DNA of 60,645 nt, the filler included, from Barthelona sp. PAP020 (Eukaryota), in the NCBI GenBank assembly GCA_040182905.1. It is 6 parts of 6 records of this genome, joined end to end, with 100 filler letters (N's around TTAATTAATTAA, not from the genome) between each part and the next. Parts side by side here need not be neighbours in the genome. Positions count along the whole stretch, not along the records: positions 10,367 to 20,483 come from JARQWU010000411.1; positions 20,584 to 30,617 come from JARQWU010000412.1; 4 more parts are not named here. One strand, written 5' to 3'. The notes beneath the pieces were generated by a model. That model was not told the DNA's origin. It saw only the letters and a program-made list of their open reading frames with translations, and made no database searches. The translations under genes and the position numbers were made by a program. Below are positions 10,367 through 20,595 of this stretch, piece by piece. The stretch's first letter is position 1. Each line of letters opens with the position of its first letter.

Positions 10367-10495
10367 AAAGATCCAGGTTGAGAACACGTTGACAATTCAG
10401 CTTCTCATTTCTTGTCCACCGTGTATCAGCCCAAACCTGTACAGTTTTATGTTTTCACAATCTATATGAATAAAAATTTCATGAATTGTTACCAT
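10367..10495 (-). CDS. Possible 5' fragment of a gene: ATG-only first exon, 56-nt intron (10492-10437), then an exon running off the contig
   Basis: ATG|GTAACA...TACAG| gives M-VWADTRWTRNEKLNCQRVLNLDL, open to the contig edge. No CTAAC branch point was seen, so this is speculative. Confidence 0.25.
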
Positions 10496-10712
10496 GTAAA
10501 CATTTTATTTATTTATTTACTTATTTTTCTTCAGATTTTTGTAGCATTTCGATGTGACAAGGAAAATCAAAATTTTCATGAATGAATGGATTCAAAAAAA
10601 AAAAAAAAGCCACATGTTGTGTATTTATTGGAAAAAGATTAAGATGAAAATCTCTCGGAACAAAATCGAACTATCACGCCAAAATCATTGTGTTTAAGTT
10701 TCTTTATGGCTT

Positions 10713-11198
10713 TTAACCTTCTTTTTCCTTTTGTGAAATTTTTACAAAATTGAAACTTTTCAACTGTGGTAATAGATCAATAACTTGTCGACGAAACCCC
10801 TCATTTTGCATACAGGGGTTACCAATAAGGCTTAACCTTTGTAGATTTTCACAATCTTGTAAAGGTTCTAAATCTTCAATAGAACTAATTTCATTATTAG
10901 TGAGTATCAAATCCTGTAAATTTGGTAATAATAGTGATATATTATCATCAATTTTGTTTATTTTATTGTTTATCAATAACAAAATTTCTAAACGGGTTAA
11001 ACAATTTTCTGTTTCTTCCGGAAAGTTTTCAAGAATTGTTATATAATTATCAGAAAGATCGATACTTTGAAATACATTGTTAGTACATTCTAAATTTTCA
11101 ATGAATGAGATTTGTTGAGAACGTAAATTTAATTCGAATTTTTCGATTGCATTAATGTATGTAGGTGATATTTGAATTAACTTTTGAGAGATTTTCAT
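10713..11198 (-). CDS. SNRPA1: U2 snRNP protein A' (leucine-rich repeat)
   Basis: SPTYINAIEKFELNLRSQQISFIENL, IDLSDNYI, LLPNLQDLILTNNEI, LSLIGNP match U2A' LRRs and cap. Start set at MKISQKLI (11198). Confidence 0.9.
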   Translation of the reverse strand: MKISQKLIQISPTYINAIEKFELNLRSQQISFIENLECTNNVFQSIDLSDNYITILENFPEETENCLTRLEILLLINNKINKIDDNISLLLPNLQDLILTNNEISSIEDLEPLQDCENLQRLSLIGNPCMQNEGFRRQVIDLLPQLKSFNFVKISQKEKEG

Positions 11199-11474
11199 TA
11201 AAAAAAGAGAAATTATAAAAAAAAAACTGGGAAAAATGTGAAAATGACAATGCTTTTTGAAACAATATTGTTTGATTTTCGGTGAACACACAAAGTAAAT
11301 AAAACATACCTTCAGATTAAAAGAGAGGTAAATATTATGTCATCAGAAATTTTTTTCAATGCTTTTATCATTTTACTCATACTTAACATGAGGGATCTCC
11401 ATTAAACCTAATTTACAAATGATGAATAATAAAAATTTATTGTGAAAAGGTATCAATTTTTAATTTGATTTGAA

Positions 11475-13070
11475 ATGATTCTAAATCCAAATATTAATTC
11501 CAGAACCTTGTTTCCTCATGTAGAAACAGATGAATGTAGTTTATGTGAACTTTCACATGTGAATTGTTTATATTGTATTCATTGTGATATGTTTGCACAA
11601 GATTTGGGTAAAATTGCTTCAAAATTGTCACAAATAGATATTAGAATATATGATAGAGAAAGATTACAATTATTTATAAGCGATTTTAATTTGATTGAAG
11701 AAGACATTTATATTTATTCTTTATTACCATATTTAGATCTATTGAACGTTTTTGAAAATAAATCAAATAGCATTACCATTTTTGATTTGGTTAAAAATAT
11801 TCTAAAATATGAAGAATGTGACAGTGTGACTTATAACCCTTTAGCCTTTTGGAAACATCCTGAGATATTGGGAATCATTGAATCTTTATATAAGGATGAT
11901 GTTTTAAAGGCTTCTGTAGCGATACCTTTTCATCTACCTGAAGAGACCATTGCTTTTCTGTTGGACACGTGTAATGTTGTCTTTGATCAAGATGTTTGGA
12001 CAAACACATTGTTGGATGCGAAGGTATATTCTGTGTGGCACAAACATTGGTTTACAACTATTGATTGCTTTTTGGACTCCAGTGTTGGTCAGTTGAGTGG
12101 AATTTTTGAAGAGATTCCATTGGATGTTTTAAGAATCATTGTTGAAAATGAACCTAATTTGTTAAATAAGGACGACATTATCAGATTGATATTGAATATA
12201 TCTCCCATCTATGCGGGATTGTTGACTAATTTTGACAAAGTTAAATTTTTATTGTTGAAGATGGATACTTCTAAAGATCTTTTGCATGCATGTTTGGAAA
12301 TGTTGAAACAAGTCCATAATAATGATAGATTTAAGGAGAATCTTAGATATTTGCTGAGTTTAATATTTAGGGAAAAAGCTATGCTTAATCAAGCACAGAA
12401 ATCTACCTGGGAGAGTTTTGCTGAAAAACTATCAGAATCTTTGATTCCTCAAGAGGCTGCAATCGAACAAAGTTATACACCATCGAATTCAAAGGCTATA
12501 TGTGATCAATTTGAAGAATTGAACACCTTTATCGACTTTCATATCCCATCAGACGCATCTTCAATTCCATTACCTACTTTTGAATTTCTACCATATATGG
12601 TTAACGTTTTAGACCAAGAGATTGTTCTTCAATTTGCTTCTTTCAATGATAAATATCCTTTATTGATAAGCCTTTGTTTACAGCATGGAAATATTGAAAT
12701 GCTGGAAAAAATTTTCGAAACAGATGAAAATGTTGAGAAATTCGGCCAAATTTGGTTCAAAGATGTGTTTAGTCTTGTTGAAATCGATGATTTTGACACT
12801 TTTAAGAATTTCTCAAGAAGTGTCAACTTTTTACACAGAAGAATTCATAATTTCATCGATCTATGTTTGTTACCATGTAATATGGATTGTTTCTTAATAG
12901 CTACGATGTTTAATGAAAGATTGTTCAATTCCAATCACGAGGAAAGACTTAAATTGTTGAATTTTGAACATTTAGTCAAAAATCATGCAAGTACAGAAGA
13001 AATTGACCATTCCTGGGATCATCTTATTTTCTTTATTCTTTTAAAAATTGGAGATTTGCACTTTCAATGA
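11475..13070 (+). CDS. Hypothetical protein, probably helical, with an N-terminal Cys/His cluster
   Basis: 531-aa ORF with CSLCELSHVNCLYCIHC near the N-terminus. No family recognised. Confidence 0.7.
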   Translation: MILNPNINSRTLFPHVETDECSLCELSHVNCLYCIHCDMFAQDLGKIASKLSQIDIRIYDRERLQLFISDFNLIEEDIYIYSLLPYLDLLNVFENKSNSITIFDLVKNILKYEECDSVTYNPLAFWKHPEILGIIESLYKDDVLKASVAIPFHLPEETIAFLLDTCNVVFDQDVWTNTLLDAKVYSVWHKHWFTTIDCFLDSSVGQLSGIFEEIPLDVLRIIVENEPNLLNKDDIIRLILNISPIYAGLLTNFDKVKFLLLKMDTSKDLLHACLEMLKQVHNNDRFKENLRYLLSLIFREKAMLNQAQKSTWESFAEKLSESLIPQEAAIEQSYTPSNSKAICDQFEELNTFIDFHIPSDASSIPLPTFEFLPYMVNVLDQEIVLQFASFNDKYPLLISLCLQHGNIEMLEKIFETDENVEKFGQIWFKDVFSLVEIDDFDTFKNFSRSVNFLHRRIHNFIDLCLLPCNMDCFLIATMFNERLFNSNHEERLKLLNFEHLVKNHASTEEIDHSWDHLIFFILLKIGDLHFQ

Positions 13071-13680
13071 GAATAAATATGTTTTGAGTGTTTTTTTTTG
13101 TTTATTTGCTGATTAAAGAGTCCATAAAACCTTAATTATAAGCCCAAAATTACCAAATCCAAAAAGCATGGAATGAAATGAATTTCTGAATGGTTAAATT
13201 ACTCTTTGGTTGATCCTTGCAGATACTAATCTATTTCTTTGAAGTTTTGCGTCATAGAGAGACTGTTTCCTTTTTCAAAAGGGAATGCCATTATTCTGGT
13301 TGTAGCGATATATCATTTGCTGTGATTCGAAAGAAAATTGGACAAGTGACACAACAGAAAATGAGTAGACCTTCTTATTCTTTACAGGACGGCTCTCAAC
13401 CACAATTGACCTGTTTGTTGTGTGGTGGATTGAAAAACCAGAATTATATGAGGTACAACAAATATTTTGCTTTTATATATCATAATTTCATCTTTTGTCT
13501 GGCTTCACATGGTTGCTAACTTGCATGCAAATCTTGAAACAAATCCTCTTGTTTCATCAATCAATTCATTACTCTTCAACGTTCAAAATAACAATTTCAG
13601 AGGTGTTAAAACGAAATAAAAAATAAAAAATTAATTTTACAAAAGTCAAAGCAAAACAAGAAAATCCAATCCAATCCGAA

Positions 13681-16600
13681 TTAGAGTCTTATCTTACCAC
13701 CACTTGTTCTTCTTTTCATAGGTTGAGGTGTTTTTTTGGTTTGATTGGTTTCCTTAAATTTCTTTGAATTCATGGAAGATACATCTCTTTCAAGTTTTTG
13801 AACATCATTTTTCATCAAATCATAATAACGATGTCCTTTGAATAAGAAAGGTGTTTGATGTAATTTCTCATATTCCGGTAATTTTTCAGCTAATTCTTGA
13901 GTCAAACTGTACAAATGTTCTTGTAATTCTCTTCTTTGACTTTCTTCTTTTTGTAAATTAACAGAAGTTCCATATAATCTTGAAGGATCTGTTGAAGTCT
14001 TAAGGAACTCACTTAGTTTATATTTAATGAATTCTCTTTTAGTTATTAATTCTACAACAGGGATTTGAGCTTCTAATCTAATTCTTTCTTCTTCATATAA
14101 TTTGATAGTTTTTTCTGAAGGTTCAAAAGTAGTTTCAGCTTTAGTTTTGAAATTAACCTTATCATTTGGTGTAGTTTCAAGAGTTTGCCATAATTTTTCG
14201 ATTTGACTTTTTAAGTTATTAAATTGACGTGTGTATTGTACTTGCATATCACTTTCTTCTTGTTGAAGTTTAAGTTTTTCTTCATTATTTGCATTTAATT
14301 TTTCAAGCATTTCTTTTCTTTCATGCTCAATATTGATACGATCATGTTGTAATTGAGTAATTTGTTCATTCATATCGATTTGTTGTTTTTGCATTTTTTC
14401 TTCTTGTAATTGCATTAAATTTTTAGCTCTTGCCATTAATTTATCTAAATTATCTCTCCATTTCTTTTGATATTCAATCTTCCATGAAGATATATCGTGT
14501 TTATATTTTTTAAGACTATTAAATGTGTTTCTAGCTTTTTCTTCAACTTCTTCTAATTGTTTAGTCTTTTCATTCAATTTCTTTTCATTTTCCAATCTTT
14601 CATTTTCGATCAATTCATTCAACTCATTAATTTCAGTAATTCTTTGTTCATTTGCTTTAACCAACAAATCTTCATTACGTTTAATCAATATTTCCTTTTG
14701 TAAATTTAAATTATCTTCTAATTCTTTCTTTTTATTCTCAAAACTTAAATAAATTTCTTCTTCTTTCTTTTTCAATTTATTATCTAATTCAAGTTCATAT
14801 TCTTGTCTCTTAATCAAGGATTCATTTTCAAATTCAATCATTTGATCAATAAATGATTGAGACTTTTCAATCAATTTCTCATCATATTGAGATTTAACTT
14901 CCTCTAATTTCTTATGATATTTTTCATTAGATAATATCTTAAATTGTTGAATCTTTTCATCAGCTTCTAAATTGATAGCTATTTCTTTCTCAGATAATTC
15001 TTTATACTTTTCATCAAAATATTTGGATAATTCAATCTTTTCTTTTTCTAATGTTTCATTCAAAACTTGTTTTTCTTGTTCATAACTTGCTTTCAGATCA
15101 TTTAATAATTGTTCTCTTAAGTTTTCATGTTGTTTCAATAATTCAAGATATTTGGTTTCATTTTCTTGAGATATTTCTTTTATTTCATTCAAATGTTGTT
15201 CTTCAATACTATTCAATTGTTCTTTCAACGATTCAATAATATCATCTTTTTCACTCTCCAAAATTTCCAATTGTTTCTCTTGTTCTTCTTTTAATAAATT
15301 GATCTTATTGGTTTGTTCTAATAATAACTCATTAGATTTTTTCAAAATTAATAATTCTTGTTCTTTCTTTAATTCATTCTTTTCAATTTCAAGATTTAAT
15401 TTGTTTTCAGATTCAAGAATCATTTTATAATGTTCTTTTTCTTTTTCTATTCTCATTAATTCTTCATTTATCTTGGTTTCAAACTTTTCTTGTTGAGCTT
15501 TTTCAAATAAAATTCGTTCTTGATTTACTTCTCCTCGAGTGATTATTATTGTATGTTTCAATTCTTCAATCTTATGATTCAATTCATCAATAATTTGTTC
15601 ATGATAAATTTTACTCTCTTCTATACGTTCACGTGCCATTTTATTGATACGTTCTCTTGTTTCCAGATCAAAATCTAATTTGTGCTGATCTAATTCACGT
15701 TTTTGTTCTGAATACTTTTCTTCCAATTCTCCTTTCTTTCTTTCGAAATCTTGTTTGATAATATTATGTTGTTCTTCATAAGTTGTTTCAATTTCTTGTT
15801 TTTCTTCTTGTAATCTTAATCTAAGTTCCATTTCATATTGTCTCTTTTCTTCAATCAATTTTCTTTGATCATTCATTAATTTTTTGTCATTTTCATATAT
15901 TTCATTTCGAACCTTTTCAATATCTAGTCTTCTTAGATCTCTCAAATGATCAGTTTCCTTTTGAATTAATGATAAAGCTTTCATTCTTTCTTGCATTCCA
16001 ATATTTTCAGTCAAATTATGTATATGTTTTTCTTTTTCATTCACTTCTTCTAAACGTTTATCAATCATCGCATTCAATTGTTCATTCTTATCTTCATATT
16101 CTTTTCTTAAATGATCAGATCTTGAATTGAAATTTATTTCATACTTTTCAATTAATTCTTTCTCAAATTTAATCTTTTCAATCTCTCTTTCCTTTTTGAA
16201 CTTTTGATTCTCTTCAAATAATTTACTTTCACGTTGAATAAGATCAGCTTCACGTCGTTCAAAATCTTTTTGTTTAGAAGCTAACCAATTCTTTTGTTCA
16301 TTCAATAAATTATTCCTCAACTCAATTCCCATTCTTTCTTCAGTTTTTAAAGATTCGTTAATAACTTCATTGGTCTTATGAATATGTTCTTCCCAACTCT
16401 TTCTAACAATAGTTTCTTGTTCTTTCTTATGATCTTCATAATTTTGACGATTTTCTTCTAATAATTGTTGATATTTATTAGCATACTCTTGTTCAATTTT
16501 TTGTCTTTCAGTATCAATTTCTTTACGAATATCTATCAATTTCTTCTCTCTTTTAACCCATTCTTCCTTATCAATCTCAATTCGATTTGATATGGCTAAA

Positions 16601-19600
16601 TCACTATCCTTTTGACTATCTTCTAATAAAACCTTATATTTCTCTCTAATGTCTGCTTCATAATGAATTAATTGGGTATTAGCTCTCTTGATTTGTTCAG
16701 AATAATCTTTATGAATATCAATTAAATGTTGTTCATAAAATTCTAATCTTTCTTTAGTTTCTAATTCCAAATTCTTAATGTGTTGTTGAATTACATTTGA
16801 ATATTGTTGTCTTAATTTCATATCATCTTGAATTTTATCCAAACTGATGGCTTTCAATTTTTCTTGTAAAATTTCTTGACTTTCCTTATGAATTCTTTCA
16901 ATTTCCTCATTCTTAGCAACAATGATTTCTTTATGATTCTTAATTAATTGATTCTTTTCATCATTTTGTACTTTTTCAAAAGCTTTCATCTTTTCATTAT
17001 ATTCACTGATAACATCAAGTAATTGTTGAGAATGTTCATCTTCTAATTGTTTTTTAGATTCTAACTGTTCATTTTCCCAAGTTTTTACAACTTCCATCAT
17101 CTTAATACGTTCATCATTCATTTTTTCATCCATCTCTTTTTGATAATTAATACGCTTATCTTCAAGTTCTTCAAGTAATAACAAACGATCATTCTTAATC
17201 TTATCTTCAGCAGTTTTGTGTACAACTTCGATTTCTTTATTCTTTTCATTGATAATACTTATTTCTTTTTCTTCAAATTCTTTGATTAACATCAATTTTT
17301 CATTATTAATTTCAATCTCTCTTTTATTCAATTCTTCTAAAACCAAATTATGTTTTTTAATAATTTCTTCATTGAATTCTTTCATAATTTTATCATTTTC
17401 TTCAGTAATTTCTTTCAAAACATTCAAATTTTCATTTTGAATATCTTTTAGTAAAGTTTCACGATGTTGGTTAAAATCTTCATTCATTTGTTTGATAGAT
17501 TCAATAGATTCTTTTCTTAAAATGCTTAATTGTTGTGAATGCTCTTCTTCTAATCTGATAATCTTATTTTGAATGTCTTGTTGATGTTCTTGATACAAAT
17601 CATCTCGTAAACTATTCAATGCAGCAATTTTTTCAGATTCTGATTGATTGATCTTTAAATTAACATTTAATAATTCATTCTTTAGTTTATTTAATTCGTC
17701 ATTGTACTTTAAGTCTAATTTATTGTTGACATCTTTTAAATCATTAGCATATTTGGCTAAAACACTGGTTTCAAAGTCAGTAAATTTGTTTTCTTTGGTA
17801 ATTAAACTTTCTTGTAATTCAAGAATCGTCTTATCATAATCACTTCTTAAAGAATCAATCTTTTCATTCAAATAGAATCGATAATTTTCAATGTTTTTAT
17901 CAAACATGGCATTTAACTCTTGTTTCACCTTTTCAGTTCTAATTGCATCATCTGCTTCCAATTGTTTAATACGTTCATCATATTTATTCTTTAATTCAAC
18001 AATGTTCTTTTGTTCTTGTTCAATATGATATTCATAATGTACTTTTGAATCATTCAACATTTCTTCATATCTCTTTTCAATCGATTCAATTTGTTTTTTG
18101 GTTTCTTTTTTCCAAAATTCTTCCTTTTCAAGCATCGATTCATTCAATTTATTTCTTATATCAATCTTTTCATTCTTTAAATTCTCAATAATCAATTCTA
18201 ACTGTTTCTTTTGACGGTTCATTGAATCTTCATGTTGAGAAATAATTCTACGAGAATTTTCACGATTCTTATTTTGAATTCCTTCAACTCTTTCATCATA
18301 AGTAGTTCTCATCTGTTCAATTTGTTCATTATATTCCCTTTTAATTGATAAAATGATATTCTCAGTTTTTTGTTGAACTTCAGTTTCAAACTCATCTCGA
18401 TTCTTTTCAATTTCAATAATTCGTTCATTATATTGTTGTCTCATCTCAGTAACAGTTAAATCATGCTTTAAAGTATTTTGTTCCAATTGATTTCTCAATG
18501 TCTCAATGATTTTTTGTAATTGTTTAACATCAGATGAATGATCTGCTTTTAATCTTTCTTCAATCATCTTTTGTTGTTTTATTTGTTGTTCTTGTAATTT
18601 TGTGTGTAATTCTTGAATTTCATGAATATGATTAGCTTTCAATTCACGAATTTGTGCTTCCAATTTATTAGTACGAGTATCATTTTCATTAATGATAGCA
18701 GAAAGTTTAGTTTCTGCTTCAGTACGTTCAATTTGTGCTTTATTCAACATATCATGACGTTGTTCAATCAATTGACGATTCAATCTAGCAATTTGTTCTT
18801 CCCAACTGGAAACAATTTTCTTTTCATGTTCTTCTAATTGCTTTTGTTGATTTAATAAGACTTTAGCAGAACTCTCATTGGCTTTACTGATGGTGGTCAA
18901 TTCAAAATTGGCTTGTTCTTCAAGCATTTTTGCTCTTTCTTGTTCTAGCATTGCTTCTTTATTTTGATACATTAATTCCAAATTGGATAACTTCTGTTTA
19001 ACTTGTAAATTCATAGAATCTTCAAAAGAAACTTTAAAATGATCATATTGTTCCTTTAACTCTTTTTCCTTCTCAAAAAATTCATTCTTAAATTTCATCT
19101 CTAATTCATGCATTTGCTTGTTCTTATCAAGTTCAAATAATTCCTGTTGATCTTTTAACTTCTTAGAAAGCTGTTCATAATCAACCTTGAACTTATTTAT
19201 TACACTTTCAGCATATTCATTAGCTTCTTGTTTGATCTTCTTTTCAATCTCTTCAATTTTAATACGATCAGCATCAACCTTTCCTAACAAATTTGAATCG
19301 CCGTAATTCGACGTTAATTCTTTTCTTTTTTGTTCATCAACTTCATTCAAAGCATTGATAGAATTCTCAGTCAATAAATCTGAAGCCTTATCAAAAACTC
19401 CACTTTCATTTTGAAGTATCAAATCTTTAATCTTTCGTGTATTTTCAAGTCTCGTTTGTTGATGCGCTTCTCTTTCTTGATTTAACTCTTGACGTAATCT
19501 ATCTTGTTCCTTTTGATAATCAGTAATCAAACTTTCATAATGTTCAACAATTTTATCATCCATCTTATTTCTTTTCTCAGGTAAAATTGAGGGTTCAGAT

Positions 19601-20076
19601 TGTTGTTCAATTTCTTTCTTTGACACAAAAGGAATGGAAGCAACCTTTTCAACCTCTTTTTTTTCGTCAACAACAATCTCTTTTGGTTGTTCAAAAATAG
19701 GTTCATTGGCTTCAATAATTGGATTATCGATTGGTTTTACATCTTCCAAATCAGCAGTATAATTACCGTTAATAAATGGTTCTTCAACAACCGTTTCAGC
19801 AAGATGAGCAGCGATTTGGGGTGTATTAGAAATAGAGCTCTTTGAAATAGCACGCTTAGCTTTAATTCTATCAAGAACAGCTTTAGCTTTTTCAGGAGTC
19901 TGAGCTTTTGGTGTTGATAGTGCTGTATTTTTAGTTGTTGTCAGATTAAAGGATTTCCCAGGTGTTTTGGGAGAAGAAAGTACAGATCCTTGATCATTCA
20001 TCAAATCATTTTTGGATGGCGTTTTTCTTGCCTTTAATAGTTGTAACTTCTCAAGTGCACTTTGAGCTGGTGCCAT
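13681..20076 (-). CDS. Giant coiled-coil protein with a C-terminal MAP65/Ase1/PRC1-like (CCDC87-like) domain
   Basis: 2131 aa, mostly E/K/Q-rich heptads. C-terminus QIEKLWQTLE...LITKREFIKYKLSEFLKTSTDPSRLY...LQKEESQRRE...LPEYEKLHQTPFLFKGHRYYDLM followed by a basic tail. Confidence 0.8.
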   Translation of the reverse strand: MAPAQSALEKLQLLKARKTPSKNDLMNDQGSVLSSPKTPGKSFNLTTTKNTALSTPKAQTPEKAKAVLDRIKAKRAISKSSISNTPQIAAHLAETVVEEPFINGNYTADLEDVKPIDNPIIEANEPIFEQPKEIVVDEKKEVEKVASIPFVSKKEIEQQSEPSILPEKRNKMDDKIVEHYESLITDYQKEQDRLRQELNQEREAHQQTRLENTRKIKDLILQNESGVFDKASDLLTENSINALNEVDEQKRKELTSNYGDSNLLGKVDADRIKIEEIEKKIKQEANEYAESVINKFKVDYEQLSKKLKDQQELFELDKNKQMHELEMKFKNEFFEKEKELKEQYDHFKVSFEDSMNLQVKQKLSNLELMYQNKEAMLEQERAKMLEEQANFELTTISKANESSAKVLLNQQKQLEEHEKKIVSSWEEQIARLNRQLIEQRHDMLNKAQIERTEAETKLSAIINENDTRTNKLEAQIRELKANHIHEIQELHTKLQEQQIKQQKMIEERLKADHSSDVKQLQKIIETLRNQLEQNTLKHDLTVTEMRQQYNERIIEIEKNRDEFETEVQQKTENIILSIKREYNEQIEQMRTTYDERVEGIQNKNRENSRRIISQHEDSMNRQKKQLELIIENLKNEKIDIRNKLNESMLEKEEFWKKETKKQIESIEKRYEEMLNDSKVHYEYHIEQEQKNIVELKNKYDERIKQLEADDAIRTEKVKQELNAMFDKNIENYRFYLNEKIDSLRSDYDKTILELQESLITKENKFTDFETSVLAKYANDLKDVNNKLDLKYNDELNKLKNELLNVNLKINQSESEKIAALNSLRDDLYQEHQQDIQNKIIRLEEEHSQQLSILRKESIESIKQMNEDFNQHRETLLKDIQNENLNVLKEITEENDKIMKEFNEEIIKKHNLVLEELNKREIEINNEKLMLIKEFEEKEISIINEKNKEIEVVHKTAEDKIKNDRLLLLEELEDKRINYQKEMDEKMNDERIKMMEVVKTWENEQLESKKQLEDEHSQQLLDVISEYNEKMKAFEKVQNDEKNQLIKNHKEIIVAKNEEIERIHKESQEILQEKLKAISLDKIQDDMKLRQQYSNVIQQHIKNLELETKERLEFYEQHLIDIHKDYSEQIKRANTQLIHYEADIREKYKVLLEDSQKDSDLAISNRIEIDKEEWVKREKKLIDIRKEIDTERQKIEQEYANKYQQLLEENRQNYEDHKKEQETIVRKSWEEHIHKTNEVINESLKTEERMGIELRNNLLNEQKNWLASKQKDFERREADLIQRESKLFEENQKFKKEREIEKIKFEKELIEKYEINFNSRSDHLRKEYEDKNEQLNAMIDKRLEEVNEKEKHIHNLTENIGMQERMKALSLIQKETDHLRDLRRLDIEKVRNEIYENDKKLMNDQRKLIEEKRQYEMELRLRLQEEKQEIETTYEEQHNIIKQDFERKKGELEEKYSEQKRELDQHKLDFDLETRERINKMARERIEESKIYHEQIIDELNHKIEELKHTIIITRGEVNQERILFEKAQQEKFETKINEELMRIEKEKEHYKMILESENKLNLEIEKNELKKEQELLILKKSNELLLEQTNKINLLKEEQEKQLEILESEKDDIIESLKEQLNSIEEQHLNEIKEISQENETKYLELLKQHENLREQLLNDLKASYEQEKQVLNETLEKEKIELSKYFDEKYKELSEKEIAINLEADEKIQQFKILSNEKYHKKLEEVKSQYDEKLIEKSQSFIDQMIEFENESLIKRQEYELELDNKLKKKEEEIYLSFENKKKELEDNLNLQKEILIKRNEDLLVKANEQRITEINELNELIENERLENEKKLNEKTKQLEEVEEKARNTFNSLKKYKHDISSWKIEYQKKWRDNLDKLMARAKNLMQLQEEKMQKQQIDMNEQITQLQHDRINIEHERKEMLEKLNANNEEKLKLQQEESDMQVQYTRQFNNLKSQIEKLWQTLETTPNDKVNFKTKAETTFEPSEKTIKLYEEERIRLEAQIPVVELITKREFIKYKLSEFLKTSTDPSRLYGTSVNLQKEESQRRELQEHLYSLTQELAEKLPEYEKLHQTPFLFKGHRYYDLMKNDVQKLERDVSSMNSKKFKETNQTKKTPQPMKRRTSGGKIRL

Positions 20077-20365
20077 GATAAAAAATCAACTGCAAAAAAA
20101 AAGTTGGTTTGAATTTTTAAATTGTGAATGAAATTTCATTTTCCGTACAAAATGATTTTTACGTCATTTCACTTTTTTTTTTGACAAGATAATTGTCACA
20201 TTTGATAATTAAAAGATTTGATTCGTTTAAAAATGTGGATTGCTTGAGGATTGACTTTTTTTTTTGAATTTATAAGTTCTCTAATAAAAGATCAATTATT
20301 TTATATATTTATCATTTAGAATTAAAAAAAAATAATAATAAAAACTTTACAACGTGAAAAATCTT

Positions 20366-20482
20366 CTAAGTTTCACTAGACAATTCAACCAAACGACCGA
20401 CTCTACTGACAAAATGTTGGATGTTCTGCAATTCCAAAGCAGTATTATCTGTGACTGTTAAAATATTTGAAGCTTTTTCAAA
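20366..20482 (-). CDS. 3' end of an unidentified gene (partial, cut by contig end)
   Basis: Open frame from the contig edge, FEKASNILTVTDNTALELQNIQHFVSRVGRLVELSSET*, followed by an AT-rich tract. Confidence 0.4.
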   Translation of the reverse strand, partial: FEKASNILTVTDNTALELQNIQHFVSRVGRLVELSSET

Positions 20483-20483
20483 A

Positions 20484-20583
20484 NNNNNNNNNNNNNNNNN
20501 NNNNNNNNNNNNNNNNNNNNNNNNNNNTTAATTAATTAANNNNNNNNNNNNNNNNNNNNNNNNNNNNNNNNNNNNNNNNNNNN
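20484..20583. other. Artificial contig spacer
   Basis: 44 N + TTAATTAATTAA + 44 N. Confidence 0.99.
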
Positions 20584-20595
20584 TTTTTAATCACG

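Noticed and set aside
14525..18837. Multiple short F/S/L/I-rich ORFs antisense to the coiled-coil gene, and similar ones opposite other long genes
   Set aside because: They are shadow ORFs produced by the reverse complement of E/K-rich codons and show no independent coding signal.
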